Shown here piece by piece: positions 9,971 to 19,541 of a stretch of 64,000 nucleotides of DNA. The position numbers were made by a program, and so were the translations under genes. This stretch comes from an uncultured Ignavibacteriales bacterium (lineage in GTDB: Bacteria; Zixibacteria; MSB-5A5; GN15; FEB-12), in the NCBI GenBank assembly GCA_964518635.1, contig CAZFGK010000016.1, positions 2,943-66,942 on the forward strand, written 5' to 3'. How positions within the stretch are numbered: position 1 is the first letter of the stretch; each line of letters starts with the position of its first letter. The notes beneath the pieces were generated by a model, which made no database searches, had not been told where the DNA came from, and saw only the letters and a list, made by a program, of their open reading frames with translations.

Positions 9971-10856
9971 AAGCCAGATCAGCAGCGTTCCCCTCTTTCG
10001 GCGTGGAAAGGTTCGGGATGTTTACGACCTCGGTGAGAATCTTTTGTTTGTCACCACCGATCGTGTCTCGGCATTTGATGTCATTCTTCCGTCCGCGGTT
10101 CCCGAAAAGGGAAGAGTGCTCACGCAGATGTCACTCTTCTGGTTTCGCTATCTTGAGCAATTGGTACCGAATCATATTGTCACTGCTGATCTGCAAAAAT
10201 ACCCGGACTCATTGCAGCCATATCATGAGGAGTTGGATGGACGCTCGGTAATTGTTCGAAAAGCCGAGCGAATCGACATCGAGTGTGTGGTGCGCGGCTA
10301 TCTCGCAGGATCGTTCTGGAAAGAGTACCGAGAGATGCTTCAAGCAGGTCATTCTTCTTTGCATGGTTTCTCGCTCTCTCCTAACCTCATTGAATCATCC
10401 CGCCTGCCAGAACCGATTTTCACTCCGGCTACGAAAAATGACAGCGGGCATGACGAAAATATCTCGTTTCAGAAAATGATTGATGCTGTCGGCAAAGAGG
10501 TCGCCACACAGTGTCGCGACCTCTCGTTAGCCATCTATGCTCGCGGCTGCGCGCATGCCGAGTCGAGAGGCATACTGATTGCCGATACGAAATTTGAATT
10601 CGGATTCATCGACGGGAAGATATCACTGATCGACGAAGCCCTGACACCCGATTCGAGTCGTTTCTGGCCGCGAGATCAATATATGCCCGGGAAAGGTCAG
10701 CCCTCATTCGACAAGCAGCCCATTCGGGACTATCTCGAAACGCTCGACTGGAACAAACAATCCCCGGGACCAAAGCTCCCCGAATCGGTGATTACTGCAA
10801 CTACTCAGCGTTATATCGATGTCTACGAACGGCTCTCCGGAAAGAAATATGAATAA
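9930..10856 (+). CDS. purC: SAICAR synthetase
   Basis: RGKVRDVY, DRVSAFD, ECVVRGYLAGS, ADTKFEFG, DEALTPDSSRFW. Confidence 0.96.
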   Translation: MSLPLLRSHPLITESQISSVPLFRRGKVRDVYDLGENLLFVTTDRVSAFDVILPSAVPEKGRVLTQMSLFWFRYLEQLVPNHIVTADLQKYPDSLQPYHEELDGRSVIVRKAERIDIECVVRGYLAGSFWKEYREMLQAGHSSLHGFSLSPNLIESSRLPEPIFTPATKNDSGHDENISFQKMIDAVGKEVATQCRDLSLAIYARGCAHAESRGILIADTKFEFGFIDGKISLIDEALTPDSSRFWPRDQYMPGKGQPSFDKQPIRDYLETLDWNKQSPGPKLPESVITATTQRYIDVYERLSGKKYE

Positions 10857-12408
10857 CTTCAGGCCGATTCGACGCGCCCTTATCTCACTTTCTGATAAAT
10901 CAAATCTGCCGATGCTCGCCAGCGAGCTGCATCGCCGAGAAATTGAAATACTAAGCACGGGGGGAACACTCAAAGCTATTGAAGCACTCGGGATTCCTGT
11001 TCTCAGTGTTGCGACCTATACGAACTCGCCGGAACTCTTTGACGGTCGCGTCAAGACACTTCACCCGAAAATTCATGCTGGGATACTGCACCGACGTGGT
11101 AATGCAAAGGATCAATCAGACCTTTCGAAAATGGATGCCCAGTCGATCGACCTGGTGGTCGTCAATCTTTATCCATTCGAGTCAGCTCTTGAAAATGAAA
11201 ATGCAACTGAAGCAGAGATGATCGAAGAGATCGATGTCGGCGGACCGTCATTGCTCCGCGGTGCTGCAAAGAATCATGACGCGGTGACGGTCTTATGTGA
11301 CCCGATTCAATATGATTCCTTTCTTGCTGAGCTCATTGCTCATGACGGCGCAACTTCTCTTGAGTTCCGTCGCAACTGTGCGGCGATGGTCTTTGCTCGC
11401 ACTGCGACTTACGACGCCGCCATAGCAAATTACCTTGCTCCGGTTGCAGAGAAGTTCCCCGAGCGAGTGGCAATTGGAATGACACGGCTGCAATCACTTC
11501 GGTATGGTGAGAACCCGCATCAGGAAGCCGCTCTCTATCAGATTCCCGGAACGCGTGGAGCATCGCTCACTCGCGCGACCATCCTAAGCGGCAAGGAACT
11601 TTCTTACAACAACTATGCCGATCTGGATGCCTGCCTTGAGATGCTGCTGGAATTCACTGAGCCGTTCGCCTGTCTGATCAAACATGCCAATCCCTGCGGA
11701 GCGGCGATAGGGAACACCGCGGCCGAGGCCTACACGCGTGCCCTTGCTACTGATCCACTTTCTGCCTTTGGTTCCATTATCGGAGTGAATCGCCCTGTCG
11801 ATATCGAAACGGCGAAGGTCATTCATGAAACTGAATTCGTAGAGTGTGTGGTTGCTCCTTCATTCTCGGAGGAAGCACTCGCACTCATGTCGAAAAAGAA
11901 AGCGAGACGACTGCTCGCGCTGCATGATCAACTTGATCAAATGAAGCAACCTCGTTTTCAGTTCAAAGGGATTCGAGGCGGTTTCTTGGTGCAAACTCCC
12001 GACATAAAAATCACGAATACAAGCGATCTGAAGGTGGTTACACGAAAGCTACCGTCAGAGGCCGAACTACGAGACCTTCTGTTTGCGTGGAGAGTAGTCA
12101 AGCAGACAAAGTCGAATGCGATTGTTCTTGCGAAAGATGGAGCCGCTACGGGAATCGGTATGGGGCAGACTTCGCGGGTCGATTCGGTGTACATGGCAAT
12201 CAAACGGGCCGGAGAACGTTCGTTTGGTTCGGTGATGGCCTCAGATGCATTTTTTCCCAAGACTGACAACATCGCTCTTGCTTCAGAAGCGGGTATCGTA
12301 GCTATTATCCATCCCGGAGGATCAAAAGCGGATGAAGAAGTATTAGCAGCCGCTGATGAAGCGGGTATTTCTATGATTTTGACTGGGGTTCGACATTTTC
12401 GGCACTAA
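10849..12408 (+). CDS. purH: Bifunctional AICAR transformylase / IMP cyclohydrolase
   Basis: RALISLSDK, GRVKTLHP, LRYGENPHQ, KHANPCG, ASDAFFP, TGVRHFRH. Confidence 0.97.
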   Translation: MNNFRPIRRALISLSDKSNLPMLASELHRREIEILSTGGTLKAIEALGIPVLSVATYTNSPELFDGRVKTLHPKIHAGILHRRGNAKDQSDLSKMDAQSIDLVVVNLYPFESALENENATEAEMIEEIDVGGPSLLRGAAKNHDAVTVLCDPIQYDSFLAELIAHDGATSLEFRRNCAAMVFARTATYDAAIANYLAPVAEKFPERVAIGMTRLQSLRYGENPHQEAALYQIPGTRGASLTRATILSGKELSYNNYADLDACLEMLLEFTEPFACLIKHANPCGAAIGNTAAEAYTRALATDPLSAFGSIIGVNRPVDIETAKVIHETEFVECVVAPSFSEEALALMSKKKARRLLALHDQLDQMKQPRFQFKGIRGGFLVQTPDIKITNTSDLKVVTRKLPSEAELRDLLFAWRVVKQTKSNAIVLAKDGAATGIGMGQTSRVDSVYMAIKRAGERSFGSVMASDAFFPKTDNIALASEAGIVAIIHPGGSKADEEVLAAADEAGISMILTGVRHFRH

Positions 12409-12475
12409 AACCGGCTCAATGCTCTCTTGAAGATAGAGCGGACTCCAACTGATCAACAGGGAACGAAAAAGCAGC

Positions 12476-13567
12476 ATGACTCAACAGGTGAATCGCGTAC
12501 GTACACCTTCCCATAGTAATCGAAAGACGCGGTGGGGTGTGTCGGTTGCAGTGCTCTTCATACTAGCAACCGCGATCCAAAGCACACTCAAAGCGTTTCC
12601 AAGATTGACTGCCGAGCAAGGGGCGAGTTGTAACCAATGCCATATCAGTCCGGCGGGGGGTGGAGCTCGCAATGAGTTCGGCAATTACGCTACCGCACTC
12701 CAGGAACTCTGTCTTCCGGCCACCAAGAAACTCGTCGAAAAGGAATACAAACCGCCACGGATTGGTGAAGCACTCCTCGTTGGATTTGATGCCCGCTGGC
12801 TGGTGCTTGAAGACCCGCGCATATTTCGAATGCAGACCGATCTTTTTGCGACTCTAGATCTACTCAAGAATCTCAAGTATCACCTGCGATTCTCTGAAAT
12901 CGGCATTGATGAAAATTACGCTTTGTTGTCGCTACGCAATGAGAGTATTGGCATAAAGATCGGTCGGTTTTATCCGGCATTCGGGCTGCGTCAGGATGAT
13001 CATACTTCATACACACGTGCAAAAATCGGATTCGGTCCGCGATCATTCTTGGATGGAGTGTCAGTCTACGCGAATCTTTCCGGTGCCCAGGTATTCGTTG
13101 AAGCATTCGATCCGAATCAGCAGGGGATGCTGATCGGACATCTCCTGTATCCAACCACTATCGGCCCATTGAGTGGCTTCGCGGGAGGTTCAGTACGATT
13201 TACTGAGACGGTGGTTGGTGGAGGGTATGGGGCGTATCCACATCTCAAGTCTGCATTCGGTGGATTTTCGTATGACCGACTGACACTTACTGCCGAAGGA
13301 ACACTAATCGGCAACGGGAACGATGCCCTCGTCGGCTATGTTTCCTCTGTGATGAGATTCGAGTACGGACTTTACGGAATCGTGGACTACAATTTTTTTG
13401 ATCCAGATCGTAGGCTTGCTTCAGGTACTGAGCAGTTCTGGCGCTACTCGATCGAACTCTATCCCCTGCCGTTCGTACAAGTCAGGCCGTCTTATAGCAG
13501 ATATACCGTCCGTGCCGAAGGTGCCCCGGCAGATCAGTGGTTCGTGCAGTTTCACTTCGGCTATTGA
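12476..13567 (+). CDS. Putative monoheme cytochrome c / outer-membrane beta-barrel fusion (Cyc2-like architecture)
   Basis: Signal peptide, then FPRLTAEQGASCNQCH..PAGGG.RNEFG (CxxCH); amphipathic beta-strands; aromatic C-terminus WFVQFHFGY. Confidence 0.65.
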   Translation: MTQQVNRVRTPSHSNRKTRWGVSVAVLFILATAIQSTLKAFPRLTAEQGASCNQCHISPAGGGARNEFGNYATALQELCLPATKKLVEKEYKPPRIGEALLVGFDARWLVLEDPRIFRMQTDLFATLDLLKNLKYHLRFSEIGIDENYALLSLRNESIGIKIGRFYPAFGLRQDDHTSYTRAKIGFGPRSFLDGVSVYANLSGAQVFVEAFDPNQQGMLIGHLLYPTTIGPLSGFAGGSVRFTETVVGGGYGAYPHLKSAFGGFSYDRLTLTAEGTLIGNGNDALVGYVSSVMRFEYGLYGIVDYNFFDPDRRLASGTEQFWRYSIELYPLPFVQVRPSYSRYTVRAEGAPADQWFVQFHFGY

Positions 13568-13575
13568 GAACAACA

Positions 13576-14631
13576 ATGAAGAGTCTCAACTTTCAATTTC
13601 TTACCCTTGGCACGCTGCTATTGCTGAGTTGTCAGGATCTCGGCATACAACCCGATCCTCCAGCTGCGGTCGTTCCATCAATTAGCATTGATGACATTTT
13701 CCTGCAAGAAGGGGAGACACGGTCGTTTGAAGTATCGCTGAGTGAACCGACGACCGTCGATGTCTCGTTCACCTGCACATTTCTCGATGGACTTGCCACT
13801 GGTGGGGCAGATTTTTCGGGAGTGAACGGAGTGCGGACTATTCCGGCCGGGATTCGTTCGCTTGATATCGATGTCACAGCTCTAGTCGATCTGTTCAACG
13901 AAGCGAATGAGAATTTTTCAGTCCGGCTCACCAACGGTGTCAACGGAGTCTTCACCGATTCAGTCGGTACAGCGACGATTCTGGGCACTAACGAGCCGAT
14001 TCTTCAGGTTGCTGACATAACCATTGCCGAGGCGGAGGCCGCGTCGATTCAGGTCACGACATCAATCATCTCAAATGTGGACATCACCTTCAACTGGATC
14101 ACTCAGTCCGGTTCCGCAACAGCAGGAACAGATTATGTTGGTGCCTCTGGTACCGGCACTATTTTCGCAAACACTCTATCGGCCGGAATCGTGGTTCAGG
14201 TGAACACCGATGCACTTACTGAAGGGGAAGAGAGCTTCCGTATTCAAATTTCGAATGCAGTGAATGCAGTTATTGGTGATGAGTTTGGGACCGTTACCAT
14301 CCCCGCCAATACCGCTCCAGTCAGTTTTGCCAGTCAGGTTCGCCCGTTGCTCACTGGCAGTTGCGCAATTGCGGGATGCCATGGTGGAGGTTCGAGTGAC
14401 GGAGGTCTCGCACTCGGGAGTGCAACGTACGCTCAGGTACGAAACGGAACTGGTTTCAACGGAACGATCATTTCAAATCCACCTGTTGGCGCAAACAGTA
14501 CCCTCTATCGTGTGCTCACCAGCTCTCCTCCGTCGGGAATAGATCGAATGCCGGATGGTGGCCCATTCTTTAGCCCAGCCCAGCAGCAGATTATCAAGGA
14601 CTGGATTGATCAGGGTGCATTGGACAATTAG
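13576..14631 (+). CDS. Lipoprotein with two Calx-beta domains and a C-terminal planctomycete-type cytochrome c domain
   Basis: LLLSC lipobox; two Calx-beta repeats (ATGGADF / ATAGTDY, E..E.F.V.L.N); VSFASQVRPLL..SCAIAGCH...RMP...IIKDWIDQGA. Confidence 0.75.
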   Translation: MKSLNFQFLTLGTLLLLSCQDLGIQPDPPAAVVPSISIDDIFLQEGETRSFEVSLSEPTTVDVSFTCTFLDGLATGGADFSGVNGVRTIPAGIRSLDIDVTALVDLFNEANENFSVRLTNGVNGVFTDSVGTATILGTNEPILQVADITIAEAEAASIQVTTSIISNVDITFNWITQSGSATAGTDYVGASGTGTIFANTLSAGIVVQVNTDALTEGEESFRIQISNAVNAVIGDEFGTVTIPANTAPVSFASQVRPLLTGSCAIAGCHGGGSSDGGLALGSATYAQVRNGTGFNGTIISNPPVGANSTLYRVLTSSPPSGIDRMPDGGPFFSPAQQQIIKDWIDQGALDN

Positions 14632-14644
14632 AAAGGATGATACC

Positions 14645-15298
14645 ATGAAATTAGTTTCTTTTTCGAAGATGTGCCGCACAGTCATCCTGATTATTTCTCT
14701 TACATCTGCTTCAACTTTTGCGGCTACATTTGTGTTGGATTCTTCGAAAAAATCTGATTCGGTTTTCTTTCGTTCACAGGCAAAACTTGAATTTATCGAA
14801 GGGGTTACTACACAGATAGCCGGGCATTTCGATTTCAATCCTGCGGTACTCAATGATTCGGCGCGAGGTATTCTTCAGGTAGATCTGCGAACGCTTAGAA
14901 CAGAGATCTCGACACGTGACGAGCACATGCGGGAGAATCATCTGCATACAGAGAAATTTCCGTATGCTTATTTCGAGTTGATTGCGATCGATGATCTTCC
15001 CATTGCATGGAAGGCAGATACAACCTACACCCTCAAAGCCAGAGGGTATTTCTACATTCATGGTGTGAAGCGGAAGCTGACCTCCCAGATTTCCGCGATG
15101 CAGTCGAGTATGGGGAACCGTCAGGTACTGGCCGTCCGGACCACTTTTTCAGTGAATCTCGACAGTTTCAAAATTCCGCGCCCGAAAGCACTGTTTCTGA
15201 AACTGGCCGAAACGATGAACATTGAGGTTATCTTCAAGGGGTACAGTGGCTTGGAAGCTATGCCCCTCACACTTCCAGACTGGCCGGAACTCAAGTAA
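14645..15298 (+). CDS. YceI family lipid/polyisoprenoid-binding protein
   Basis: Signal peptide; RDEHMRENHLHTEKFP, G.FYIHGVKR; GAAAGGA RBS. Confidence 0.85.
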   Translation: MKLVSFSKMCRTVILIISLTSASTFAATFVLDSSKKSDSVFFRSQAKLEFIEGVTTQIAGHFDFNPAVLNDSARGILQVDLRTLRTEISTRDEHMRENHLHTEKFPYAYFELIAIDDLPIAWKADTTYTLKARGYFYIHGVKRKLTSQISAMQSSMGNRQVLAVRTTFSVNLDSFKIPRPKALFLKLAETMNIEVIFKGYSGLEAMPLTLPDWPELK

Positions 15299-15370
15299 GT
15301 TTTTCAGGTTCAAGCTTGTAGCTTTTCGTCCGAAAGGGTAGATTAGTGCAACTGAAACGAAGAGGACGAT

Positions 15371-15844
15371 GTGGATAACCGCACTCTTGAAATCATCTTC
15401 CAGCTCGTCGAACAGATCCAGGCAAACAATGGTGCTCTGCCGACTCTCGAAGCATCTCTCCTCAGTCTCAAGGAACTTGGGTTTGAAGAGGATGAAATTC
15501 GTCAGGCACACGTGTGGCTGTCAGACCGACACGCCGGTGCACCCGATCGCTTGTATGAGGGGATCCCTCGTATCCATGCCCCGCATCGCATTTTGACTCC
15601 GGAAGAACGTCTGCAGGTTTCTCCTGAAGCATATGGTCTGTTGCTGACCCTCCTGAATCTTGGCGTCGTCGATCCGGAACAGTTTGAATCGTCGCTTGAG
15701 AAGGCATTTGTCTATGGCATCCGCCCGGTCAATGTCGATCAGATCAAGTGGATTGCATCTGGGGTGGTTTCCGGAGAGTTCAGCTCGGATGATAACGAAG
15801 AGCTCAATCAGATTTACCTCGATCCCCCGGGACGAGTCAACTAG
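15371..15844 (+). CDS. DUF494 / Smg family protein
   Basis: L.ELGF.EDEI.QA..WL and RILTPEERLQVSPEAYGLLLTL. Confidence 0.75.
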   Translation: MDNRTLEIIFQLVEQIQANNGALPTLEASLLSLKELGFEEDEIRQAHVWLSDRHAGAPDRLYEGIPRIHAPHRILTPEERLQVSPEAYGLLLTLLNLGVVDPEQFESSLEKAFVYGIRPVNVDQIKWIASGVVSGEFSSDDNEELNQIYLDPPGRVN

Positions 15845-15903
15845 ACAAGGCTGAGCAGGTCGGGATGAGTTTCCACTCATCTCGGCAACTCACAGGTCAT
15901 CAG

Positions 15904-17118
15904 ATGTCACTTACTAACACAAAAATCTTGATCGGCGTCAGCGGCGGCATCGCTGCCTATAAGATTCCGAACCTTGTTCGTCTGCTTCGCAAAGCCGGAG
16001 CCGAGGTGCAGGTGATGATGACCGACTCAGCGCGTGAATTTGTCACGCCACTCACCTTCGAAGCGGTCTCGCAGCGTCCGGTCTACACCTCGCTTTGGCA
16101 AGGGGGATCCGGTATGATCGCGACTCGTCATATTGATCTGGCTACCTGGCCCGATCTGGTTCTCGTTGCTCCTGCTACGGCAAATCTTCTTGCGAAACTA
16201 GCATGGGGACTCGCTGATGATTTCGTTACGACGGTTCTCTCCGCAACACCAAAGCCGATATTGCTCTCACCTGCGATGAATCCGGAGATGTGGGAGAATC
16301 GTGCGACACAGGAGAATCTGGTTCGCCTCAAACATCTCGGTTACGAGATTATCGATCCGGATGAGGGCTCGATGGCCTGCGAAACCGTCGGTGTTGGTCG
16401 CATGCCCGAGCCGGAAGCACTCTTCTCCGTGATCGAAAAATATCTGGAAGAAGAGTCCGAGCTTCGTGAGAAATTGTCTGGACGAAAAGTGATAGTCACG
16501 GCCGGGCCCACACGGGAAGCAATCGATCCGGTTCGCTATCTCTCGAATCGAAGTTCCGGCAAGATGGGATATGCCATCGCTCGCGCTGCCGTACGAGCCG
16601 GAGCCGAAACCACTCTCATCAGTGGACCGGTCTCGCTTGATCCGGTACGGGGTGCGTCGATGCAGTACATCGAAACCACCGATTCACTCTGCCGGGAAGT
16701 GCTCTCCCATTTTGCTGATGCAGATTGTCTGATCATGGCGGCAGCGCCGGCTGATTTTACTCCCACAACAATTTCGAAAACGAAAATCAAGAAGCACGCG
16801 GGGAGTCTTCCCGATCTGCCGCTCTCTCCGACCGTCGACATTCTTGCCAAAGTGTCGAAGACTCGCAAAGCACATCAGCGGGTGGTTGGTTTTGCCCTTG
16901 AAACTGATCACGCTCTCGCCAATGCCAAAACAAAGCTGACTGAAAAGATACTCGACCTGATTGTTCTCAATTCCTTATCCGATCCCGGTGCCGGATTTGA
17001 ACATGATACCAATAAGCTCACGCTTATCCACAAAGGTGGGAATTCGGAGGACTGGCCGCTCATGTCGAAGCGGGAAGCGGCGATCCGCCTGATTCGAACT
17101 GTCGCGAATCTTTTCTAG
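15904..17118 (+). CDS. coaBC: Phosphopantothenoylcysteine decarboxylase / synthetase
   Basis: GVSGGIAAYK, APATAN, PAMN..MW, TAGPTREAIDPVRYLSNRSSGKMG, GFALET. Confidence 0.97.
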   Translation: MSLTNTKILIGVSGGIAAYKIPNLVRLLRKAGAEVQVMMTDSAREFVTPLTFEAVSQRPVYTSLWQGGSGMIATRHIDLATWPDLVLVAPATANLLAKLAWGLADDFVTTVLSATPKPILLSPAMNPEMWENRATQENLVRLKHLGYEIIDPDEGSMACETVGVGRMPEPEALFSVIEKYLEEESELREKLSGRKVIVTAGPTREAIDPVRYLSNRSSGKMGYAIARAAVRAGAETTLISGPVSLDPVRGASMQYIETTDSLCREVLSHFADADCLIMAAAPADFTPTTISKTKIKKHAGSLPDLPLSPTVDILAKVSKTRKAHQRVVGFALETDHALANAKTKLTEKILDLIVLNSLSDPGAGFEHDTNKLTLIHKGGNSEDWPLMSKREAAIRLIRTVANLF

Positions 17119-17149
17119 TCACATTCTGTCCACATCACCCTGTGGGCAA
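17024..17149. promoter_or_regulatory. Candidate DnaA boxes upstream of udg-dnaB
   Basis: Perfect TTATCCACA at 17024-17032; CTGTCCACA at 17126-17134 and inverted TGTGGGCAA at 17141-17149 (2 mismatches each). Confidence 0.35.
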
Positions 17150-17241
17150 CAAAGTGCGCTAATAGTTTTTTCGAAAATGTGATGGCGAATTCGCCAAAGG
17201 GCTTTACGCTTACGATCTTGCCGCCTACGTTCACCATCGAC

Positions 17242-18018
17242 ATGGGAAAGAACGAACACAAACATCACGCATCAAATGAGCTTTCAAATCGTGGAAGTGA
17301 TATTACCCTTACTCGTGAGTTGCTCCAGCATGCCATTGAGGCGGAGCGATCACTCGGAACTGACTCGATCATTCTGAATCGAACTACGAAAGTTGACATT
17401 CCCAAAGTACAGATCAGCAGTAGTCTTGCCGAAGCAGAAATTCTATATCCCAGTCTGGAAGCGCATCGAGAGGCAATTTGTAATTGCCAGAAATGTCCTC
17501 TGGGCGCGACGCGTAACAAGTTTGTGTATGGGGTTGGTCATCCGAAGGCGCGTGTCCTGTTTATCGGTGAAGGGCCGGGGGCAGATGAAGACCGTATCGG
17601 TGAACCATTCGTCGGTCGGGCCGGACAACTCCTCGACAAGATTCTCATCTCTATCGAGCTGAATCGTGAGATCGCCTATATCGCGAATGTGGTCAAGTGC
17701 CGTCCCCCGGGCAATCGGGTCCCATCGCCGGAAGAGATGACCGCCTGTCGTCCGTATCTGAATGAACAGATTCGCCTGATCAAACCTGATCTGATCTGTT
17801 GTTTGGGGCGGACTGCCTCACTTGCCATGCTGCCGCATACAAAGGAGTTTTCACTCCTGAAAATTCGCCAGCAATGGCATGATGTGATGGGGATCCCGAC
17901 GATTGTCACCTATCATCCAGCAGCGTTGCTGCGTGACCCGAAATATAAACGGGACTGCTGGGAGGATATGAAACTTCTCAAGGCCCGATATGACCTTCTT
18001 CCGAAGAGAGTTGGATAG
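17242..18018 (+). CDS. udg: Uracil-DNA glycosylase family 4 (Fe-S)
   Basis: [47 protein letters not shown]. Confidence 0.93.
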   Translation: MGKNEHKHHASNELSNRGSDITLTRELLQHAIEAERSLGTDSIILNRTTKVDIPKVQISSSLAEAEILYPSLEAHREAICNCQKCPLGATRNKFVYGVGHPKARVLFIGEGPGADEDRIGEPFVGRAGQLLDKILISIELNREIAYIANVVKCRPPGNRVPSPEEMTACRPYLNEQIRLIKPDLICCLGRTASLAMLPHTKEFSLLKIRQQWHDVMGIPTIVTYHPAALLRDPKYKRDCWEDMKLLKARYDLLPKRVG

Positions 18019-18066
18019 CATGAGGGAGGTTGCAATTGGACAGAATATTAGTTACCTATTTGACTT

Positions 18067-19494
18067 ATGTCAGATGTTCAAAGAAAGAAAGGTTCACTTG
18101 AGCCGCCGCACTCGATTGATGCTGAGATAGCAGTCTTAGGTTCGATCATGAAGGACCCGGAAGCCATGAACCGGGTAGTAGAAGTGATCGATAGCGAAGT
18201 CCACTTTTACAGTTTAAGACATCGTAAAATATTCGCGGCAATTCTAGAGCTATACAAATTATCCTTGCCATTCGACCTCTCAATGGTAAGTGAAAAGCTG
18301 CTATCTACCGGCAATTTGGATTCGATTGGAGGTCGGTCTACTCTAGTCGAAATCGTCGAAATGGTTGGAGCTACGGCGCACGCAAGGCATTTTGCAGATA
18401 TTGTTCTAGAAAGGTCACTGCTTAGGCAGCTAGTTCAAGCGTCTTCAGAAGTTTCCGAAAACTGTTACAGATCAGGCGTGTCCGCAGACGAGCTGTTAGA
18501 TCAGGCAGAATCTGTCATTTTTCAACTTTCAGAGTACAAGTTAAGAAAAGGTTTCGTATCGATAGACAAGCCTGTTGAGACAATTTTTACTAGAATTCAG
18601 TCTGACCCTGATGATCCCATTTTTCATGATATCGTAAAGACGGGGTATTCTAGGCTAGATGAATTGATAGAGGGTCTTCACAAAGGTGATCTTGTGATTA
18701 TAGCAGGAAGACCAGCAATGGGAAAAACTGCACTAGCAATGAACATTGCAGAAAACATAGCACTCGGTAGTAAGCTTCCCGTTGGCATATTTTCCCTAGA
18801 AATGTCAAAGGAGCAGTTAGTTACCAGAATGTTGTGCGGACAGGCCAGAGTAAACGCGAAAAAAATTAGAAGGGGACACCTTAGCAACGTAGAGGTCGAT
18901 GCCCTTACAAGAGCTGGTGGCCCTTTGGCACTCGCTCCGATATATATTGACGATTCATCGACACTTACTTCACTAGAGTTGAAAGCAAAGGCACGTAGAC
19001 TAAAGCAACAAGTTCCCACCCTAAGCGCAATCATTGTTGATTATTTGCAATTAATGACTGCATCGGGAGGGTTTGAAAATAGACAACAAGAAGTTGCCCT
19101 AATTACTAGAAGCATGAAATCAATTGCTAAGGATCTTAACATACCCGTGATAGCAATTTCACAACTTTCTAGAATGGTCGAACAGAGAGGTAAGGATCGA
19201 GTCCCGCAATTGTCCGATTTGCGAGAGTCAGGAGCAATTGAACAAGATGCTGACATAGTTATGTTCGTTTATCGGGAAGAATACTACCTCAACCAAACAG
19301 AACGAAATGATCCCGACAATTACGCAAAGCTTGGTAAGGCTGAAGTGATTGTTGCGAAGCAAAGAAACGGTCCGACTGGGTCCGCTCATCTAGTATTTCT
19401 GAAAGAATATACTAGGTTTGAGAATCTTTCAGTCGAGAGTGAAATTGATGCACGAGAAGACAGAATTAAACAATCTGGCTACTCTCCTCTGTAA
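18067..19494 (+). CDS. dnaB: Replicative DNA helicase
   Basis: PPHSIDAE.AVLG, AGRPAMGKT, FSLEMS, IVDYLQL, SQLSR, LSDLRESGAIEQDAD, AKQRNGPTG. Confidence 0.98.
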   Translation: MSDVQRKKGSLEPPHSIDAEIAVLGSIMKDPEAMNRVVEVIDSEVHFYSLRHRKIFAAILELYKLSLPFDLSMVSEKLLSTGNLDSIGGRSTLVEIVEMVGATAHARHFADIVLERSLLRQLVQASSEVSENCYRSGVSADELLDQAESVIFQLSEYKLRKGFVSIDKPVETIFTRIQSDPDDPIFHDIVKTGYSRLDELIEGLHKGDLVIIAGRPAMGKTALAMNIAENIALGSKLPVGIFSLEMSKEQLVTRMLCGQARVNAKKIRRGHLSNVEVDALTRAGGPLALAPIYIDDSSTLTSLELKAKARRLKQQVPTLSAIIVDYLQLMTASGGFENRQQEVALITRSMKSIAKDLNIPVIAISQLSRMVEQRGKDRVPQLSDLRESGAIEQDADIVMFVYREEYYLNQTERNDPDNYAKLGKAEVIVAKQRNGPTGSAHLVFLKEYTRFENLSVESEIDAREDRIKQSGYSPL

Positions 19495-19541
19495 TAGAAT
19501 TTAATCGTGATAAAATACGAAGCATAGGATAGGCTTCCCTC

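Noticed and set aside
18067-19494. Intein or prophage origin for the anomalous dnaB
   Set aside because: The length is normal (475 aa), the motifs are contiguous, and no phage or integrase genes are nearby.
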